From Candidatus Bathyarchaeota archaeon (lineage in GTDB: Archaea > Thermoproteota > Bathyarchaeia > TCS64), in the NCBI GenBank assembly GCA_963769425.1, contig CAVYLP010000006.1:544001-608000 (forward strand): a stretch of 64,000 bases of DNA. The letters are read 5' to 3'. The position numbers were made by a program, and so were the translations under genes. A model generated the notes under the pieces. The model had not been told where the DNA came from. It saw nothing but the letters and a program-made list of their open reading frames with translations, and did no database searches. Shown here in pieces: positions 60,620 through 64,000 of the stretch (the stretch's first letter is position 1; each line of letters opens with the position of its first letter).

Positions 60620-61126
60620 TCACTTCTCCAGCTTTAGCCGCCCCTTCTCGACGGCCGTGACGCCCGTCCTAGAGACCTCCTCGACCCCTATGGGCTTAAC
60701 GGCCTCGAGGAACGCGTCTATCTCCTCAGACTCACCCGTGACCTCGGCTATAAGGTTGTCCGGCTCGATATTCAGGATGAGGCCGTGGTAGTCGTTCACC
60801 AGCTTGAGGGCCTCCTCCCTCGCCATCGGGTCGGTTGTTGTGAGCTTCACCAGCGCCAGCTCCCTGTTGACTGTGCGTAGCGGGTCGAGGCGCTTCACCT
60901 CGATCACGTCCACCATCTTGTCGAGCTGCTCGACCACCTGGTTGACTCCGCGGGCGTCCGCCTGCACGACGATGGTTATGCGGACCGTGTCGTCGTCGAG
61001 CACCGTCCCAGCCGTGATGCTGTGTATGTTGAAGTTCTTCCGACGGAACATGTTGCTTATGTTGAACAATACACCCGGCCTGTTCTCGACGAGGAACGCG
61101 ACAACGTGCATCTCACTCATGGTCAT
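60620..61126 (-). CDS. ilvN: Acetolactate synthase small subunit
   Basis: VENRPGVL...FRRKNFNI, QLDKMVDV, RELALVK, SRTG. Confidence 0.93.
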   Translation of the reverse strand: MTMSEMHVVAFLVENRPGVLFNISNMFRRKNFNIHSITAGTVLDDDTVRITIVVQADARGVNQVVEQLDKMVDVIEVKRLDPLRTVNRELALVKLTTTDPMAREEALKLVNDYHGLILNIEPDNLIAEVTGESEEIDAFLEAVKPIGVEEVSRTGVTAVEKGRLKLEK

Positions 61127-62814
61127 GCCTCCAGGAGCGCGTCCTTCAGCCCCGCGCCCGGCGGGACTATCGGGTACACGTTCTCCTCCGGGTCAATCGG
61201 GACATCGATGACGGTCGAGACATCGCTCTTGATGGCGCGCCTGACGGCTGCTTGGAAGGATTCGAGGGTGTCGACTCTAACCCCCTCAGCGCCGTACGCC
61301 TCGGCGAGCTTCACCATGTCGGGGTTCCCCTTGAGCTTCACCGCGGAGTAGCGGTGGTCGAAGAAGAGGCGCTGCCACTGTGCGACCATGCCGAGCATGT
61401 GATTGTTCAACACTACCACCACGACCGGAAGCTCCTCCTCTACGCTCGTCGCCATACTGTTCTCCGTCATGCCGAAGCTACCGTCCCCCGCTATATCGAC
61501 GACGGGTACGTCTGGCCTCGCGGCTTTAACGCCAATAGCGGCTGGGAAGCCCCAGCCCATCGTGCCGAGGCCTCCACTAGTGAAGAATGTCCTCGGGTCG
61601 TAGGCGTCGTAATGCAGAGCGGCCCACATCTGACACTGCCCAACCTCAGTTGTGACAATCGCCTCCCGCGGGAGAGTGCTTCGAAGCGCCTTGATAACGT
61701 CTGGTGCCCTTAGGTAACCCTCATTGTGCCCATTACCGTTCGGGTTAACCTGACAACGGAACTCAGCCACCTTCTTGCTCCACTGAGAGCCCACCTCCCC
61801 GCCCGCGCGGAGCTTACTCACGTTATAGAGGAGGCCGCGGAGGCCGAGGGCGGCGTCCCCGACGACGCGGGTCACGGTTTCGACGTTTTTGTCTATCTCG
61901 CTCCTGTCGATGTCGAGGTGGATGATCTTCGCATTTGGCGCGAAGCTCTTCACAGCGCCCGTCGTCCTGTCACTTAGGCGCGCCCCAACGATGAGTAGTA
62001 CATCCGCCTCGGGGACGAGGTTGTTCGCCGCCTGTGTTCCGTGCATCCCGCATAAGCCGAGGCTGAGCGGGTGGTCTGCAGGGAAGGAGCCCTTGCCCAT
62101 GAGTGTGGTCGCCGTAGGCGCCATGAGATACTCGCTGAGGGCGACGAGCTCGCGTGTCGCGCCAGAGTTAATCACACCGCCACCAGCGACCACGACGGGT
62201 CTCTGCGCCTTCGCGAGGAGCGTCGCAGCCCACTCAACCTCGCGTGGATCTGGCTGATAGTTAGGGTGGTACCCCCTGAGCTTAACGGTCTCCGGGAAGC
62301 TGATGTCCTCCACGTCGGTCGTGACATCCTTGGGGAGATCCACGAGGACGGCTCCCCTCCTCCCCGACGAGGCGATCTGGAAAGCGGCCTTAACCGCCCT
62401 CGGTATCTCCGATGCCTTCCTCACCTGCATGTTATACTTAGTCACGGAGGCGCTACACCCGATGATGTCGACTTCCTGGAAAGCATCAGTACCGATCGTG
62501 GCGCGTGTAACCTGTCCAGTGAAGGCGACGACGGCGCTGGAGTCGATGTGAGCTGTAGCCACACCGGTGACGAGGTTCGTTGCCCCCGGGCCCGAGGTCG
62601 CGAGACATACACCGACGCCGCCTGTGGCCCTTGCGTAGCCATCAGCCATGTGCGCAGCCCCCTGCTCATGCCGGGCCAGAATGAACCTGAAGTCACCATT
62701 TAGTATCTCGTCGCAGAGCGGGATGACGACACCGCCAGGGAGCCCGAAGACGTGCTTGACGCCCTCCATCTCGAGGGACTTGACGAATGCCTTAGTACCA
62801 GCCATCTCAACCAA
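61123..62814 (-). CDS. ilvB: Acetolactate synthase large subunit
   Basis: FGLPGG, RHEQGAAHMADGYAR, TSGPGATN, FQEVD, GQCQMW, SGGLGTMG, GDGSF; start TTG 62814 (or ATG 62805) after GGAGG. Confidence 0.96.
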   Translation of the reverse strand: MVEMAGTKAFVKSLEMEGVKHVFGLPGGVVIPLCDEILNGDFRFILARHEQGAAHMADGYARATGGVGVCLATSGPGATNLVTGVATAHIDSSAVVAFTGQVTRATIGTDAFQEVDIIGCSASVTKYNMQVRKASEIPRAVKAAFQIASSGRRGAVLVDLPKDVTTDVEDISFPETVKLRGYHPNYQPDPREVEWAATLLAKAQRPVVVAGGGVINSGATRELVALSEYLMAPTATTLMGKGSFPADHPLSLGLCGMHGTQAANNLVPEADVLLIVGARLSDRTTGAVKSFAPNAKIIHLDIDRSEIDKNVETVTRVVGDAALGLRGLLYNVSKLRAGGEVGSQWSKKVAEFRCQVNPNGNGHNEGYLRAPDVIKALRSTLPREAIVTTEVGQCQMWAALHYDAYDPRTFFTSGGLGTMGWGFPAAIGVKAARPDVPVVDIAGDGSFGMTENSMATSVEEELPVVVVVLNNHMLGMVAQWQRLFFDHRYSAVKLKGNPDMVKLAEAYGAEGVRVDTLESFQAAVRRAIKSDVSTVIDVPIDPEENVYPIVPPGAGLKDALLEA

Positions 62815-62912
62815 ACGCGGACGCCTCCAAAGAGTTGAATCGTGGACCAAGCAACGATGCTAAGTCCTTTGAGGAACTCACTATAAACTGACTAGACTTA
62901 ACTGGGGCAGAG

Positions 62913-62936
62913 CTACCGAATAAAGCGATACCCCAT
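62913..62936 (-). promoter_or_regulatory. Putative ilv leader uORF2 (MGYRFIR*)
   Basis: ATG directly after the uORF1 stop, preceded by GGAGGGTGG. Confidence 0.5.
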
Positions 62937-62981
62937 CTACGCCACCCTCCACTCGGCGGCCATGATAAAGCGATACCCCAT
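62937..62981 (-). promoter_or_regulatory. Putative ilv leader uORF1 (MGYRFIMAAEWRVA*)
   Basis: Preceded by GGAGATTGGTG; first 17 nt identical to uORF2. Confidence 0.5.
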
Positions 62982-63125
62982 GACACCAATCTCCAAACGG
63001 TATGTAGCCTGAAGAGTGATAGCATCGAATAAAAGGTTTGTGAAAGTAATTATAATACACACAATCAGCTCCCCACTACACTTAACACCCCAGAACGCCC
63101 GATAACAAACATAGAGGCGGAATAG

Positions 63126-64000
63126 ATGAGTAAGCTGACCTACCTAGAATGTTCGAAGTGCGGTGAACACTATGACGCCGATCAGGTCCAGACTGTCTGC
63201 AGGAAATGCGGCAAACCCCTCTTCGCGAGGTACGACCTCGAAGCCGCGAAGGAGACGATGACGAAGCGGGAGCTCGTCGGGAGGGTCTCCTCGATGTGGA
63301 GGTACAGGGAGATACTCCCCGTGAGGAAGAGCGAGAACGTGGTCACCCTAGGGGAGGGATGGACACCGCTCACGCCTACGTCGCGCCTCGGTGAGACTCT
63401 TGGCCTTTCCAACCTACTCGTCAAGGACGAGGGTATTATCCCCACAGGAAGCTTCAAGGCGAGGGGGCTATCGGCTGCCATCAGTAAGGCGAAGGAGCTC
63501 GGAATTAAGCGAGTCGCGCTCCCCTCCGCTGGAAACGCCGCTGGCGCAATGGCCGCCTACGGAGCGCGTGCTGGCCTCGAGGTCTATGTTTTCATGCCTG
63601 AGGATGCACCAAAGGTCAACGCCGTTGAGTCAGATGTCGTCGGCGCCAAAGTCGTCTACGTCAAGGGCCTCATAAGTGACGCGGGGAAGCTAGTCAAGGA
63701 TGGAATCCCTGAGATGGGTTGGTTCAGCGTCGCCACCCTCGGGGAGCCCTACAGGGTCGAGGGGAAGAAGACGATGGGCCTCGAGGTCGCGGAGCAGCTT
63801 GATTGGAAACTTCCAGACGTAATCATCTACCCCACCGGCGGGGGTACCGGTATAATCGGGATGTGGAAGGTCTTCGAGGAGTTGGAGGAGATGGGCTGGA
63901 TCGGGAGCGAACGTCCCCGAATGGTAAGCGTCCAAGCCGAGGGGTGCAGTCCCATAGTCAAGGCCTACAGGGAGGGGAAGGAGGAGAGTGAATTCTTCGA
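63126..64000 (+). CDS. thrC: Threonine synthase (partial, runs off window)
   Basis: Own translation: CSKC..CRKC, MWRY, LGEGWTP, KDEG..PTGSFKARG, SAGNA, YPTGGGTG. Confidence 0.92.
   Translation, partial: MSKLTYLECSKCGEHYDADQVQTVCRKCGKPLFARYDLEAAKETMTKRELVGRVSSMWRYREILPVRKSENVVTLGEGWTPLTPTSRLGETLGLSNLLVKDEGIIPTGSFKARGLSAAISKAKELGIKRVALPSAGNAAGAMAAYGARAGLEVYVFMPEDAPKVNAVESDVVGAKVVYVKGLISDAGKLVKDGIPEMGWFSVATLGEPYRVEGKKTMGLEVAEQLDWKLPDVIIYPTGGGTGIIGMWKVFEELEEMGWIGSERPRMVSVQAEGCSPIVKAYREGKEESEFF

Noticed and set aside
62940-62956. T-box riboswitch upstream of ilvB
   Set aside because: AGGGTGG is followed by CGTAG rather than NACC; no stem I/specifier or antiterminator is evident
62807-63025. 72-aa ORF as the ilv leader peptide
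   Set aside because: Its ATG lies only a few nt from the putative TATA, so it is probably upstream of the TSS; the short uORFs have SD-like sites and explain the repeat better

Overview
Archaeal chromosomal window, GC-rich overall with AT-rich intergenic patches. Archaeal origin is shown by CDP-archaeol synthase carS, a RadB-like protein, an XPD-type helicase and TATA-like promoters. Bathyarchaeia is a likely but inferred assignment. The window is gene-dense and mostly metabolic or housekeeping: amidase, M20 peptidase, a large S-layer-like surface protein, two paralogous REC-PAS histidine kinases, H+-PPase, tRNA-Gly(GCC), MgtA, RsmB/NOP2, GH116, vapBC, znuACB, ilvBNC and thrC. About 13 single-base indels split otherwise intact genes, mostly in short homopolymers; these are probably sequencing error. 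Most notable items: (1) a complete archaeal NHEJ locus (PrimPol, Ku, a ligase-phosphoesterase fusion in an unusual order, coupled DUF72); (2) an ilvB leader with two tandem MGYRFI uORFs and competing pairings, resembling attenuation in an archaeon; (3) a ~550-bp non-coding array of phased repeats near 59 kb, resembling an origin or centromere; (4) 20-bp-phased TGTATACA boxes upstream of the surface-protein gene beside two RHH-type paralogs; (5) a MurL-like enzyme and an ArcE/cDPGS-like enzyme. No CRISPR, rRNA, transposase or integrase was seen. All family calls come from motif recognition by eye; no database searches were run.
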